Positions 23,216 through 35,807 of a DNA stretch of 56,491 nt are shown here, in pieces. The translations under genes were made by a program, and so were the position numbers. Position 1 is the stretch's first letter. Every line of letters starts with the position of its first letter. Under the pieces are notes generated by a model, which had not been told where the DNA came from, did no database searches, and saw only the letters and a program-made list of their open reading frames with translations. Source of the stretch: Mustelus asterias (Eukaryota); NCBI RefSeq assembly GCF_964213995.1, contig NC_135828.1, positions 20,708,001-20,764,491 of the forward strand, in the 5' to 3' direction.

Positions 23216-25108
23216 AAGGAGAGGTATAGGCTGGGATTCTCCGATCTCGTTTTCCTCACCGCTGCTGCCAATGATTTTGCCTGATTTTGACCTAGTCAGA
23301 AATCCATTCACTGCAGCGGGACCAGAGAATCTCAGCCGCATGGGAGGTCGGAGAATCCCAGCCATCAACTTTTCCTTGTGGGAAGATGTCCGAGAAGTGA
23401 TCTCTTAAAGTTATATAAGACAGTGAACAGTATGAATAAGCTAAATCTTGAGCTAAAGCTTTAGACTAGATTTAGATGAAGAGAACAGCTTCAAACTAAT
23501 AAAAGGCAAGTTTAGCATTGTCTTCAGAAAGCTTGTCTTACAGAAATGGGAAGTATTAGGAATAGACTCTAAATAGAGTAATAGAAGTGAAAAACAGTTG
23601 GATGTTGCAACGAGGGACGTTCTGGATGGATGAACCAAGATAAGCAAAACTGTCTTTCTCTCGTGTAATTATCTTACGATTTCATGATTTAAAATATTTC
23701 CCTTAAAAGCCCCATTTTAACAGTTCAAGCTGATGACAGGCACTTCCATAACGATTACACTGCCTGTGGTTTGTGAGGCAAATACAAAAACCAAAATGAT
23801 GCAAAACTAAATAAGATTCTGAGCAGTTAATACAGGTGAAAATACAAATCATTGTTACTTGTTTTAATTTACAATATGACACGATGGTGTGTTTTAGTCA
23901 GCATATTCTCTGCAGGAATTTTATATTGCGGCATGTGGCTTTAACAACAGCAGGGCCAAAATGACACTGTTTTGAAGAACACACACACAGATTGCCATGG
24001 AGGTGGACACTAAGCATGGATTACAGAGTTCTTAGACCAGCTGAATGAAATGGCTTCGTGCATTGTTACCAGAAGTTGCTTTGTGATGCAGTTAGAGGTA
24101 ATTTACAACACAAGCCAGCATCTAGGTGGTCCAATGAAATGAATACTTCAATAGATAGACCTAAAAAGGACATGAGGTCATTCACAAGATGATAATCAGG
24201 GGCTGGCATTCAGGCATGATGTCCTCGGGCAAGGACTAAACAAATTGCTGTGATTGATTGGGCTTAAGTCGGGGTGAGGGTAACGCCTGCTGCCTCAGCA
24301 CTTGGGCAGTGAAAAGGCAATTTGGTGAGCAGTACGGCCAACAGCCAAACACAAGGATGAACATATGGGAAAGAGCAGAATGGTGCAGTATGAATACTGC
24401 ACAGATGTGAGTGGAGGTAAGGGAGTCGTTCCATATGGTGCCTTACTGGTCTTCGGTTGGTCATGAATGGCAACAAGCTTCAGCTCAAGACAGCAGAGAG
24501 ATTTACTGTCAGAACTAATGATGGGAGCACGAGGAGCAGAATGTAAGCAGACTGATAAGCTGCTTCTTAGGGGTGACAGGCTGAGTTTCTAAATGCAAAC
24601 TGGGAAATGGACAGCTGTCACGGTTAGGATCATTAGTCCAGTCTTCGACAATGCATCTCTGACACCTTGGTTTAAAGATTTAATGCATACCAGACTGCAA
24701 GAGAACAATATGCCAGGGGTATTGCATTAGAGTAATTATTACCCGTCATACCTCATTAATCTGTTTACCAAATCATTGTGGGGGAGGGGGTGGTGATCAC
24801 TTGACTGATTCGATTGTCATTGAAATTATGCATGGAAAAATCCACTGCAAAACAAAACTATAAATTAATACGTCTTCATCTGAAAACCCAAGGAATCATT
24901 TTTAACAAGCAGTGGTGATTTTTTGAAAAGTAACTGCAATAAAGAGAGCTTTGTTCATTGTAACGCAGTGCCATGATTTCTCATTATCCTCTTTTTGGTT
25001 GGGAGTCATGACAATAATTTAACATCTATTCCTGCCAGGATTCACAAATTGTATTATCATGTCCTTTTGTGCAGTTTAGCTCACTGCATTTAGTTTAATG
25101 TGTTCACG

Positions 25109-25312
25109 TTAGAAATGAGTAATTACAGCATTAAAAAGTGGCTCTTTGGGCCTCTGCGGCAGAAGTATTTTAAAAATATTGCACCAAATGATTAAAATTA
25201 AATTGTCCTGCAAATAATTCCTGTTTGAATATCAACATTTGTTCTATCTGTGTAATAATAATGATGATGATATCCTCAAAGTCCATTGACAAACACTTGA
25301 GAATTTTTGTAC
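25109..25312 (+). repeat. ~205-bp segment duplicated at 26347-26553
   Basis: Direct, diverged copy (ttagaaatgagtaattacagc...cacttgagaatttttgtac). Confidence 0.9.
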
Positions 25313-25319
25313 TTATAAA

Positions 25320-25390
25320 TTTTGATTTGATTTATTATTGTCACATGGATTAGTATGCAGTGGAAAGTATTGCTCCTTGCGCGCTATAAT
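25320..25390 (-). mobile_element. Rex1/Babar LINE extreme 3' fragment
   Basis: Reverse complement matches 46690-46760, including the (tcaaa)n tail. Confidence 0.75.
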
Positions 25391-26142
25391 ATTTTTGATC
25401 AAAGCATTTAGCGATTCGGTATTTAAAAAGTCAAATTCACTGTGTTGCACCAACAAGATCTGTTTGTGGTATGCTTATTGAAAGGATTGTTGGCTGCATT
25501 GTCTTCTCAAGCATGAGTTAATCTGATATATTCCATCTCATACCCAAACGTGGCTTATGTTTGTCAGTAGCCGCATTTCAACACATTGTTGAGCAGCACA
25601 AAGCAGATCTCGTGCTGACAAAGCGTTCATCCCAATTCACTTACATGCTTCCCATTCAGCCCCATTCAATTCGAAAATTATAAGGAAACTGCAAACTGGT
25701 GATCGCTTAAATCATTAACTCAATTGTGCACCTTCCAGGCACGTTGAGAACCGACTTCTTGACCAAAGCGATTTTGTCAGGCAGTCTGCTGGTAACAAAA
25801 ATTATCGTGTTACTATCTGATAAGAATTCAACTTTAAAAGATGACTCCATCCCAAAGTTTTTTAGTGAATAATAGCAGTTTTTCAAAACAAATTGTATGC
25901 CATAGGAATGTTAAGGCAAATAACAAAAGCAAATGTGAAAATCATGTAATGGCGGGAATTCTCTGACCTCGTCCAGGGCTGGGATTCTCCAGTCCCCTGA
26001 TACGAATGGAGATTTGGCTGAGCGCCAAATTCTCCATTCTCACTGGCAGCGATAGTGGGGCGTACAACATCTGAGAATTCCAATACCTATCATATCATGA
26101 CACATCTGGCAATTATAATGATCCAAAATAAAGCAGTGTTTT

Positions 26143-26633
26143 AGTTTATTTATTTGTGTCATGAGTAGGCTTACATTAACACCACAATGAAATTATTGTG
26201 AAAATCCCCAAGTCGCCACACTCGGGCGCCTGTTTGGGTACACTGAGGGAGAATTTAGCATGGCCAATGCTCCTAACCAGCACATCTTTCGGACTGTGGG
26301 AAGAAACCAGAGCACCCAAAGGGAACCCACGCAGAGACAGGTTACATTAGAAATGAGTAATTACAGCATTAAAAAGTGGCTCTTTGATCCTCTGGGCCTT
26401 TGCGGCAGAGATATTTTACGAATATTGCACCAAATGATTAAATTGAAATAAATTGTCCTGGAAATAATTCCTGTTTGAATATCAACATTGTCTGTGTAAT
26501 AATCATGATGATATCCTCAAAGTTCATTGACAAACACTTGAGAATTTTTGTACGTGCAGACTCCACACAGACAGTTACCCAGGTCCCTGGTGCTATGAGG
26601 CAGCAGTGCTAACCACTGTGCCACCATGCTGCC
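26143..26633 (-). mobile_element. V-SINE tail type B carrying a ~205-bp insertion of local DNA
   Basis: SINE halves flank 26347-26553. Confidence 0.85.
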
Positions 26634-27644
26634 TATTTAGTGTAACTCTAACGCTAACCCTAGCGTAACTAAATAGAAAGTGTAGTATTCACATTCTAAC
26701 ACCAAACAAAGAGGTATATCATTGTGAGTGCAGTCATTTGGGACACGATTGACAATTGAATGTTAGCTATATTTACACACCAATAAAATGAGTAATTTAA
26801 TCATATTGTAGTTTGCTGAAATATTTCAGGAGACTGATATGCCGCAACGACATGATGTAACTTGCTTTAGTACAGAAGCGACAAAACTGTTGATTGCAAG
26901 TTTTTAAAAAAAACAGAAGGGCATTCCTTTTCCTCATTTGCAAAGACCTAAGAGTGTGCCAAACAAAGAAGGGAATCTTTTCTGTCACAATATGGCTCAT
27001 GGCCTTTAAACTCTCCATCTGTTTGTCTGACAAGTAATCAAAGCTCGTGGCAGGAACTGGCAGCACTTTGACGGCCCTTCTCACTTTCACTGGAGTGAGA
27101 GTAATTTGAACAGATTCATCGTTTCTTCCTTGATTGTATACCAGTGATGGGTTAGCTATGATTTTTTTTTTTTACTACTGAGTATTTTTGTGTTTGATTA
27201 ACATAGCATGAAATGAGCACAGACACTTTGGAACCCCGGTTATATTCTTTAATCAGTCAATTGCCCAGAGGGACATTTAACGTGTTACGCGGTTATTTTT
27301 AACTGCTGTTTTAATTAAAATATAAACACTGTGAGGTGCAATTATTTGAAATTAAACTCTTGCTGAGTGACTCTGAGCTACATATGTACCCGTATGTAAA
27401 TACTTACATGGTTGCACTTCCGTTCCGATTGAAAGGGTTCAAATTGTAATCAGCTTCATTTGGGAGCTCTAGTGAAATCTCTTGCATATGCTGTGATATC
27501 AGGATAAAGTTGTGTTTCCTGTTAATAATGCTAATACACATCGTGCCATATTTCCACATCAGAAAAAGATTGGACATAAAGCCTGACCCACATCAAGCAT
27601 CCACATTTATTATTTACTATTGTGTTGTGCAAAGATTCCAAGCG

Positions 27645-27927
27645 TTTAAGTTTATTTATTGGAGTCACAAGTAGGCTTACATTAACATTGCAATTAAGTT
27701 GCTGTGGAAATCCCCTAGTTGCCACACTCCGGCGCCTGTTCGGGTACACTGAGGGAGAATTTAGCATAGCCAATGCACCTAACCAGCACGTCTTCCGGAC
27801 TGTGGGAGGAAACCCACACAGACATGGGGAGAACGTGCAGACTCCACACAGTCACCCAAGATCGGAATTGAACCCAGGTTCCTGGCACTGTGAGGCAGCA
27901 GTGCTAACCACTGTGCTACTGTGCCAC
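27645..27927 (-). mobile_element. V-SINE tail type B
   Basis: Head, V-domain and type-B tail. Confidence 0.85.
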
Positions 27928-28060
27928 CTTACTTACATTTAAATTAGGACTCGTCACACTGACGTAAAACGTTGCAAATTTAAAATGAAAATTCACGAAA
28001 CAGCAGACCATTAACATGTCATGACTAATTTTTTTCTCTTTTCCAAATGCTGGTTATTTT

Positions 28061-28362
28061 GGGGCGGCAAGATGGCATTGTGCTTAGCACTGCTGCCTCA
28101 CAGCGCCAGGGATCCGGGTTCGATTCACGGCTTGGGTCACCGTCTTTGCACGTTCTCCCTGTGTCTGCATGGGTTTTCTCTGACTGCTCCAATTTCCTCC
28201 CACAGTCTGAAAGACATGCTGGTTAGGTCTATTGGCCGTACTAAAATTCTCCCTCAGTGTACCCAAACCGGCGCCGGAGTGTGGCGACTAGGGGATTTTC
28301 ACAGTAACTTCATTGCAGTGTTAATGTAAGTCTACTTATAACACTAATAAACTTTAAACTTT
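28061..28362 (+). mobile_element. V-SINE tail type B, inverted relative to the copy about 130 bp upstream
   Basis: ggggcggcaagatggc head; taataaactttaaactt end. Confidence 0.85.
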
Positions 28363-29057
28363 TTTCCAACATTTTTCATTCCCATTTTGCACTATATTAA
28401 TGTAATAACAATGAATAAGCATGTGCAAACTCATGCACAATCAGCAGTGTTGTGGCATTGCATCATTGCTCCTGGTGATTGCAATGTAATGAAATCCTAG
28501 CAAATTAAAACCTGCGAAATGATTAATAGGTTCATGCAATGTGAACCATGGACAGCCACTTAGCAGAGGAAATATCAGATTGTTATAAATAAAAGTGCTA
28601 AATGAAGCTATTGTTAAGACAAATGGAATGTATTTAACTTTGAAATATGGTATTTGCTGCCAAACCTTTTACTTGTGCGAGAAGCATGTAAAGAAGCAGC
28701 TTATGAATTTGGTGTACGAGGGAGCAAAGATTCTGGGGAGCAGAATCAGATTTTCAAACCAGATTGAAATGCATTTTTTCTGTGCGTTGTGTGCGTGCGT
28801 GCATTGTGTGTGTATACAGAACCTGAGTATTGCTGAAAAAGTCCACTTGCCAACCAATCAGCTCTCTTCTCTTCTCATACACTATCAATTTGTTGTTTCC
28901 CCTGACATTGATATTTTTGTGACCTGTCCTGAAAAGTGTGAGAGGGCCTGTTCCTGTGCTGTACTGTTCTATTTTCTAAAAGGGCACCTTTTTCAGCAGT
29001 ACGCAACTTTGTTAATTAACTATAGACAGATGCAAGAGATTATGTTAAAGCTGGAAA

Positions 29058-29376
29058 CAGGCGACACAGTAGATCAGCACTGTTGCCTCGCAGTGCCAGG
29101 GACCTGGGCAGGGACCTGGGTTCAATTCCTGGCTTGGGTCACTGTCTGTGTGGAGTCTGCACGTTTTCCCCGTGTCTGTCTGGGTTTCTCCCGGGTGCTC
29201 TGGTTTCCTCCTACAGTCCGAAAGACATGCTGGTTTAGTGCATTGACCATGCTAAATTCTCCCTCAGTGTACATGAACAGACACTGGAGTGTGGCGACTA
29301 GAGGATTTTCACAGTAACTTCATTGTAGTGTTAATGCAAGCCTACTTGTGACACTAATAAATAAACTTAAAAACTT
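29058..29376 (+). mobile_element. V-SINE tail type B
   Basis: Same architecture as the other type-B copies. Confidence 0.85.
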
Positions 29377-29507
29377 ACACCTTGATGCTCTGAAATCCAG
29401 TTTAGTTTATCATTCGTACAAGGGTTAATATTTCTTTCTACCTACTTAGGAAATCATTGGTACGGGTATATTGTAAAGAAGGCTAGATTGTGTACTGTTG
29501 CTTGCTC

Positions 29508-29852
29508 AGGGTAGCAGTGGCATAGTGGTATCGTCACTGGACAAGTAGTCCAGAAAGCCAGAGCAAGATTTGGGGACCTGGGTTCAAATCCTCTCACGGC
29601 AGATGGTGAAACTTGAATTCAATAAAAATCTGGAATTAAAAGTCTAATGATGACCATGAAACCATTGTCAATTGTTGGAAAAACCCACCTAGTTCACTAA
29701 TGTCCTTTAGAGAAGGAAATCTGCCATCCTTACCTGGTCTGGCCTACATGTCACTCCAGTATCACTGCAATGTGAAATGGAGGGCACTTGGGGACAGGCA
29801 ATAAATGCTGGCACAAACTGCGATGCCCACACCCCACAAATGAATAAAAAAA
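29508..29852 (+). mobile_element. tRNA-derived SINE group 3
   Basis: A/B boxes, shared body, and aataaatgctggc...tgaataaaaaa end. Confidence 0.8.
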
Positions 29853-30385
29853 TTTCCTGATTGCAGAATATATCATTGCACGTTTACACACCACAGACAT
29901 TACTGGTCACCTATCCATGTTAGATATTCATTGTCGTAAGATGCCTATGTACCAACAGGTAGATTACAATTGTCTTTTGCTACTTCAGGTAGCACGGTGC
30001 TTAGCACTGCTACCTCACAGTGCCAGGGACGCGGGTTCGATTCCCAGCTTGGGTGACTGTGTGGAGTTTACACGTTCTCTCCTTAAAGCTATGTCTTTGA
30101 CCAATCTTTTGGTCATTTGGCCTAATATTTCCTTGTATAGTTCGTTGTCAACTTTTGTTTGACAATGCGTGTATAGTGCTGTGGGAAATTTTATTATGGT
30201 AAAGGTGCTATATGAATGCAAGTTGTTATTCTCGAAGACTTTCATTAACCTGCGAGTTTAGACAACGCTTATTAATTCTCCAGATTTATTTTGTGATTTG
30301 TTGCATCATCAACATTTCTCACTTTATATTATTGAATTGCAGCCACTAATAGATATCCATTGTGTCACTTTTGTATGTAAATATT

Positions 30386-30583
30386 GGCTGGGATTTTCCA
30401 GCAATTCCCACCAGCAGGATCTTCCAGTCCCGCCATTGCAGGTTCCCTGGTGATGGAGGTTGTGAAAAGCAGGAAACCCTGTTGACAGTGGTGGGACTGG
30501 AAGGTCCTGCTGCCAGTCAATGGCGGGCCACCTCACCACCACAAAACACGCCACTGCAGTGGCAGGGAGGGAAATCCTGCCCA
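30386..30583. mobile_element. MITE-like element, ~200-bp subfamily (also about 20629 and 52085-52290)
   Basis: ggctgggattttcc ... ggaaatcctgcc TIRs with internal palindromy. Confidence 0.6.
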
Positions 30584-30689
30584 ATGTGTACGTATAAAAA
30601 ATGTGAATAAAATCAAAAAAAGGAACTAAACCAATGTGGTATCCAAAACAAATTAACTGAAAGCTAAACCTTGCTGATAGTGACCCCGT

Positions 30690-31292
30690 TGCCTAGTGGT
30701 ATTATCGCTAGACTACTAATCCAGACTATTAATCCAGAAACTCAGCTAATGTTCTGGGGACCCAGGTTCGAATATCGCCACAGCAGATGGTAGAATTTGA
30801 ATCCAATACAAAAGAATGTCTGGAATTAGGAATCTGCTGATGACCATGAATCGATTGTTGGAAAAACCCATCTGGTTCACTCATGTCCTTTAGAGAAGGA
30901 AATCTGCCGTCCTTATCCAGTCTGGCCTACATGTGACTCCAGAGCCACATCAATGTGGTTGACTCTCAACTGCCCTTTGAAATGGCCTAGCGAGCCACTC
31001 AGTTTCAAGCATCTAGCAATGGGCAATAAATGTTGTGATGTGGAGATGCCGGCGTTGGACTGGGGTAAGCACAGTAAGAAGTCTCACAACACCAGGTTAA
31101 AGTCCAACAGGTTTATTTGGTAGCAAATACCATAAGCTTTCGGAGCACTGCTCCTTTCGTAGGAGCAGTGCTGCGAAAGCTTATGGTATTTGCTACCAAA
31201 TAAACCTGTTGGACTTTAGCCTGGTGTTGTGAGACTTCTTACAATAAATGTTGGCCAGCCAGCGAGGCCTTTGTGCCACGAATGAATAAAAA
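30690..31292 (+). mobile_element. tRNA-derived SINE group 3 interrupted by a Penelope-like palindrome
   Basis: SINE sequence resumes after 31242 with a duplicated target. Confidence 0.8.
31036..31242. mobile_element. Penelope-like element terminal palindrome (82-bp arms)
   Basis: Arms 31074-31155 and 31161-31242 with 2 mismatches; TSD CAATAAATGTTG at 31024-31035 and 31242-31253. Confidence 0.75.
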
Positions 31293-31510
31293 TAAACAAA
31301 GTTGACCATGAAAGAAACTTAAGTAGGAATAAAAAGCAATCTAAACTAAATTTTGTAAAAAAGAAATGCTGCAAGTAGTAGTTGCAAGTAATAATGTTAT
31401 GACCGGCAATTCCACTGCTGTGCACCATTTTTCCCTAGGTCACATTCATCTAAAGTGCAGGAGCAAACACGTGCAGATTGTAATTTTGTTATTTCTCTTT
31501 TTCCAACAAG

Positions 31511-31747
31511 GGTCGCTGCATAAACTTCACCAGGGTGAAGGAAAATGAAACCCCGCCTCCTTCGTGCAACGCTCCTGCCTCGCACATGCCGCCACCTCAC
31601 AACGAATACATCCCGCTGGCCTGTGAACTTCCCAGTCCTCCTGCTTTGTCCGCCCAGTCATGCGCGAGGAGCCCACCGCCTGGACCACCACCGTCTCGCG
31701 CACCCCCTCCTTCACGACCTCCCCCTCGCCCTGCGCTGAGAACCTGA
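31511..31747 (+). CDS. ANTXR1: ANTXR1-like terminal coding exon (GRCINFTRVK...SRAPPPSRPPPRPALRT*)
   Basis: T/C tract + aag acceptor ending at 31510; GRCINFTRVK and the Pro-rich RAPPPSRPPPRP tail are typical of ANTXR1 rather than ANTXR2; TGA at 31745-31747. Confidence 0.93.
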   Translation, partial: GRCINFTRVKENETPPPSCNAPASHMPPPHNEYIPLACELPSPPALSAQSCARSPPPGPPPSRAPPPSRPPPRPALRT

Positions 31748-32252
31748 CCTTCCCAGGATTTATGTCGATGAAAAGAACATTGCGAAAGAAGAAAGAAAAA
31801 GACAAGGCCATAAAGGAGAATACTACTGGACTTCAAGCCAAATATTTATTGAATTTCTGGGTTTCCTTGAAAGGGTAAAATCTGTTGCTGTGCAGCAAGC
31901 TTTTACCCGGAAAACCCAAATCAGTAGAACCTCTCTCTGGAGTGGGATTGTGTCCACCTAATGTACTATCCATATGTTTGAATTCTCGATAATTATAAGA
32001 TTGATTTCAAGTTGCGGTAAACCCTGCATTTTTTATCTTTTGAAAACTCAATACGTAGGTCAGAATTTGCATTGTTTTTGAAGGTTAGAAATATTGTTTA
32101 AAGGCCTGTATTTAAAAATCACTAATCTCTACTTTTGATGCTCAAGTGTGCCTTCTGTTAATGCTGCGACTGATTTTGTTCCAATCAGCGCTGGGGCCCT
32201 GAATTTCCTGCAGAGACACAGCCTGGAGATAGCATCCACAATTGTGCCCATT

Positions 32253-32535
32253 TCATAGAATGTCTACAGTGCAGAAGGAGGCCATTCGGCCCATCGAGTC
32301 ACAATCCCACCCAGGCCCTGCAACCCCATGCATTTACCCTGCTAATCCCCCTGACACTAGGGTCAATTTGGCACGGCCAATCCACCTAACCCGCACATCT
32401 CTGGACTGTGGGAGGAAACCGGAGCACCTGAAGGAAACTCACACAGACAGGGGGAGAATGTGCAAACTCCACACAGACAGTGACCCGAGGCCGGAATTGA
32501 ACCCGGGACCCTGGCGCTGAGAATCAGCAGTGCCT
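32253..32535 (-). mobile_element. HE1-type SINE downstream of the ANTXR stop codon
   Basis: Tail, V-domain and B-box. Confidence 0.85.
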
Positions 32536-33618
32536 GGTGAGCGTAAATCCTTTTAAAAAGCTCAAAGAAATTGCAATTAAGCGGCTGAAGAATGATTTAT
32601 CTTCTTGCTGTACTGAAAAACCTGACCATAACTTAGAGCATGCTTCTGAGAAATTGGAACTAAAATAAACTTGCACATGGGGGGAGGGGGCAGCACCAGT
32701 ATTGCGTACGGGCAGAGATGCTTTCATAAAATCAATCAATAGGTTGTAAAAGATGGAATTTTGGGTGTATTGTACTGAGGCCCACAGTCCACTCACAAAC
32801 TAAATTCCCCAGATTCTTAGGCTGCATATTTGCTTTGCTCCGTGATGGTGCATGTCTCTGGCTGCAAGTACACAGGAAATTCTAGGTCGGAATTTAATTC
32901 GAGAATAGTATTTGACAGATTTAATGTAAGTGGTTTTATTAAGGGTTCTTCTTGTAGTTCAGAATGCGAGATGATAGCATCGACCATCAGCACCAAGGTA
33001 ACTAGGTTCCTCTTCAAATTAAAAGATAAATGTCCTGACAAAATGAAGCCATGGTCAGTGAAGAGGCTCGCATGCATAATTAATGCGGTTAAAGCCAAAG
33101 GCCAGTTGACCTGCGAGACGACACTTTAAAGTTGCCAGTTGATGCAATTTACCTCGTAATTGATGAATTCGCAGAACTTTTTGGGGCCGGGATTTCACTT
33201 ATACTTGAGCTCTTTTGTACAGGGTTAGTGACCCTAAACTGTGCTCCACCTAAACAATGGCCCCAATCTAGCCTTGAATTTTAAAATGTTGCAGAGGGGG
33301 GACTTTGTTGCGTTGTGCGCAGGTTGTGACCCAAGTTATTCTGTTCTTCAAAACATGTATAGTTGAACTTGCTCTTCTTATACAATTTATTAGCTCGCTA
33401 CCAAAAAGCTGAATGTTCTTTATGCCAAGATCTGCATTATAGTTTTAACTGCAGATAATAGCTCATAGAAAACATTTAAGAGTTTAATTCGGTTTTGGAA
33501 ATGCTTGCCTGCTGGATGTTAAGCACTTTATAGTTATTTCAGTGTAAATATTAAGAGGCCAGATCCTTTTCCAGACCACATCAAATTCTGGTTATCTATT
33601 TTATTCCCAACAAGTTAT

Positions 33619-33977
33619 GGGGAGGTGATGGCCTAGTGGTATTATCGGTAGACTATTAATCCAGACTATTAGTCCAGAAATTCTGGGGACCCAGATTCGA
33701 ATCCCGCCACGGCAGATGGTGGAATTTGAATTCAATAAAAATATCTGGAATTAAGAATCTACTGATGACCATGAAACCATTGTCGATTGTCAGAAAAACC
33801 CATCTGGTTCACTAATGTCCTTTAGGGAAGGAAATCTGCCGTCCTTACCTGGTCTGGCCTACATGTGACTCCAGAGCCACAGAAACATCGTTGACTCTCA
33901 ACAGCCCTCGGGCAACTAGGGATGGGTGATAAGTGCTGGCCAGCCAGCGACGCCCATGGCCCACGAATGAAAAGAAA
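33619..33977 (+). mobile_element. tRNA-derived SINE group 3, complete
   Basis: ggggaggtgatggcctagtgg ... cccacgaatgaaaa. Confidence 0.85.
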
Positions 33978-34677
33978 ATTAGATGTACTTCTTTGCTTCA
34001 TGGCACAGGTACATTCTGGTGATGCATAACAATGTCTACTGTAGTGTTTTATAAACAGATGAGATACATAAATCCCATACTGCTAAAGAAAATATTGTAA
34101 GGTTTTGTGATATTAGAGAAGAAAAAAATCAAGTTTTACTGCAGGACAGTTAAATGTATTAATTTACTAAACTGTGGTCTAGGTGTAGGTACTTGAATCT
34201 GAGTAAAGGTGGCCACTAAATCTTCAAGATGCTAGATGCATGCAGTAGTAAATAATAGAGCAAGCATCATTGAGCTTGAGTAGATGGACATTTTGCTTTG
34301 TTAACATGTTATACATAACAACTATACTTAACTCCCTCTTATTAACTAACCATTAATGACTTGTAATCTTGTTTTGACATTGGCTACCTGACAGATGGAC
34401 TGGAGGCATCACTTGGTGAACAGGTAAAGAAGCTGTGTAATCATAAATTGAATTACAGCTCGAGAAAGGCACAGTGAAACGCCTATCATGCCTCTGGCAT
34501 AGCTGCACTACTTAATAGAATCATCAGGACGAAAACAGGGATTCACTATTCATTTGACTAATCTCTACCTTAGCCAATGATTTCCATTTTCCAAACCTAT
34601 CCCAAAGGAATTAAAATAATCTCAACACTGTTTTAGTGATGCAATGAAGACCATTTGTCCCATTTCAAACCCACCAA

Positions 34678-35036
34678 AGAATCATAGAAACCCTACAGTG
34701 CAGAAAGAGACAAATTGGCCCATCAAGTCTGCACCGACAGCAATCCCACCCAGGCCCTATCCCTGTAACCCCACATATTTATCCTACCAGTCCCCCGACA
34801 CTAAGGGCATGGCCAATCAACCTAACCTACACATCTTTGGACACTAAAGGGCAATTTACCATGGCCAATCCACCTAACCTGCACATCTTTGGAATGTGGG
34901 AGGAAACCTGAGCAAATCCATGCAGACACAGGAAGAAAGTGCAAACTCCACCCAGACAGTCACCCAAGGCCAGAATCGAACCCGGGTCCCTGGCGCGGCG
35001 AAGCAGCAGTTCTAACCACTGTGCCACCGTGCCACC
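34678..35036 (-). mobile_element. HE1-type SINE
   Basis: Full architecture with two 52-bp units. Confidence 0.85.
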
Positions 35037-35807
35037 CTAGATTCAGGGAATTCAAGCAATGCACACAACCCCACGTCAACATTGTGCAATGGTTGAAAGT
35101 TTATTTTACCTGACGAGCAACTGACAGCTTGCATCGCTGGGACTTGGTTTGGAAAATGGTTAACAAAATTTTAAGATGATAATAATGGTTTATTTTCTTT
35201 CATTCAAGCCCAATTTTCTGTCAACATGAATTTAGGAAGTAATCTATCAACAGTTTCTATAAAGGGCAGATATTCCAGTGAACATCTGACCTGTAGCTGT
35301 TCGACTGTTTGCATGACTTTCATCAGTTAGAACTTCTTGAAGTGGTTACAAGCCATAAGTGACAATTTGACAAACAAATTCTTTCCAGTTTTTTTTTTAC
35401 ATTGGTTTCTTTCCTAATTTTTGAGTCTTCTAAATGTTGATAGGATTGCCATTTAGGAATCAGGACTGGGATAGGGTTAAACTCCCCTGTCATAGTGTCA
35501 ACACAGTAGGCTGTATTATTTTTGAATAGCAATGTATAAAATTTCTGGACAACAATGAGATAAAGCAATCAGAAATCAGAACCAAAACTGGTGCATGTTG
35601 GAAATGTACAACTGGTTAATCAGCATCAGAAAGGAAAGATATGTAAATATTTCGGGTGGGACCTTTCGATTGATGACCTGCCGTGCATTTCAAGCATTTT
35701 CTGTTTTTCTGCAAAGAAAATAAAATTCTCTCCAGCAAGATGTTAGTTTGGTCACATTAAGATGCATGGAACATATGTATACAAAAGTATCGGGCAAATT
35801 ACAAGAT

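Noticed and set aside
24160-24680. Possible old integrase relic
   Set aside because: Only vague peptide resemblance with no ordered catalytic motifs.
26642-26670. Telomere-like (CCCTAA) degenerate run
   Set aside because: Too short and degenerate to call an interstitial telomeric repeat.
28595-29317. 240-aa ORF
   Set aside because: GTG start, no recognisable domain, and the last third is SINE sequence.
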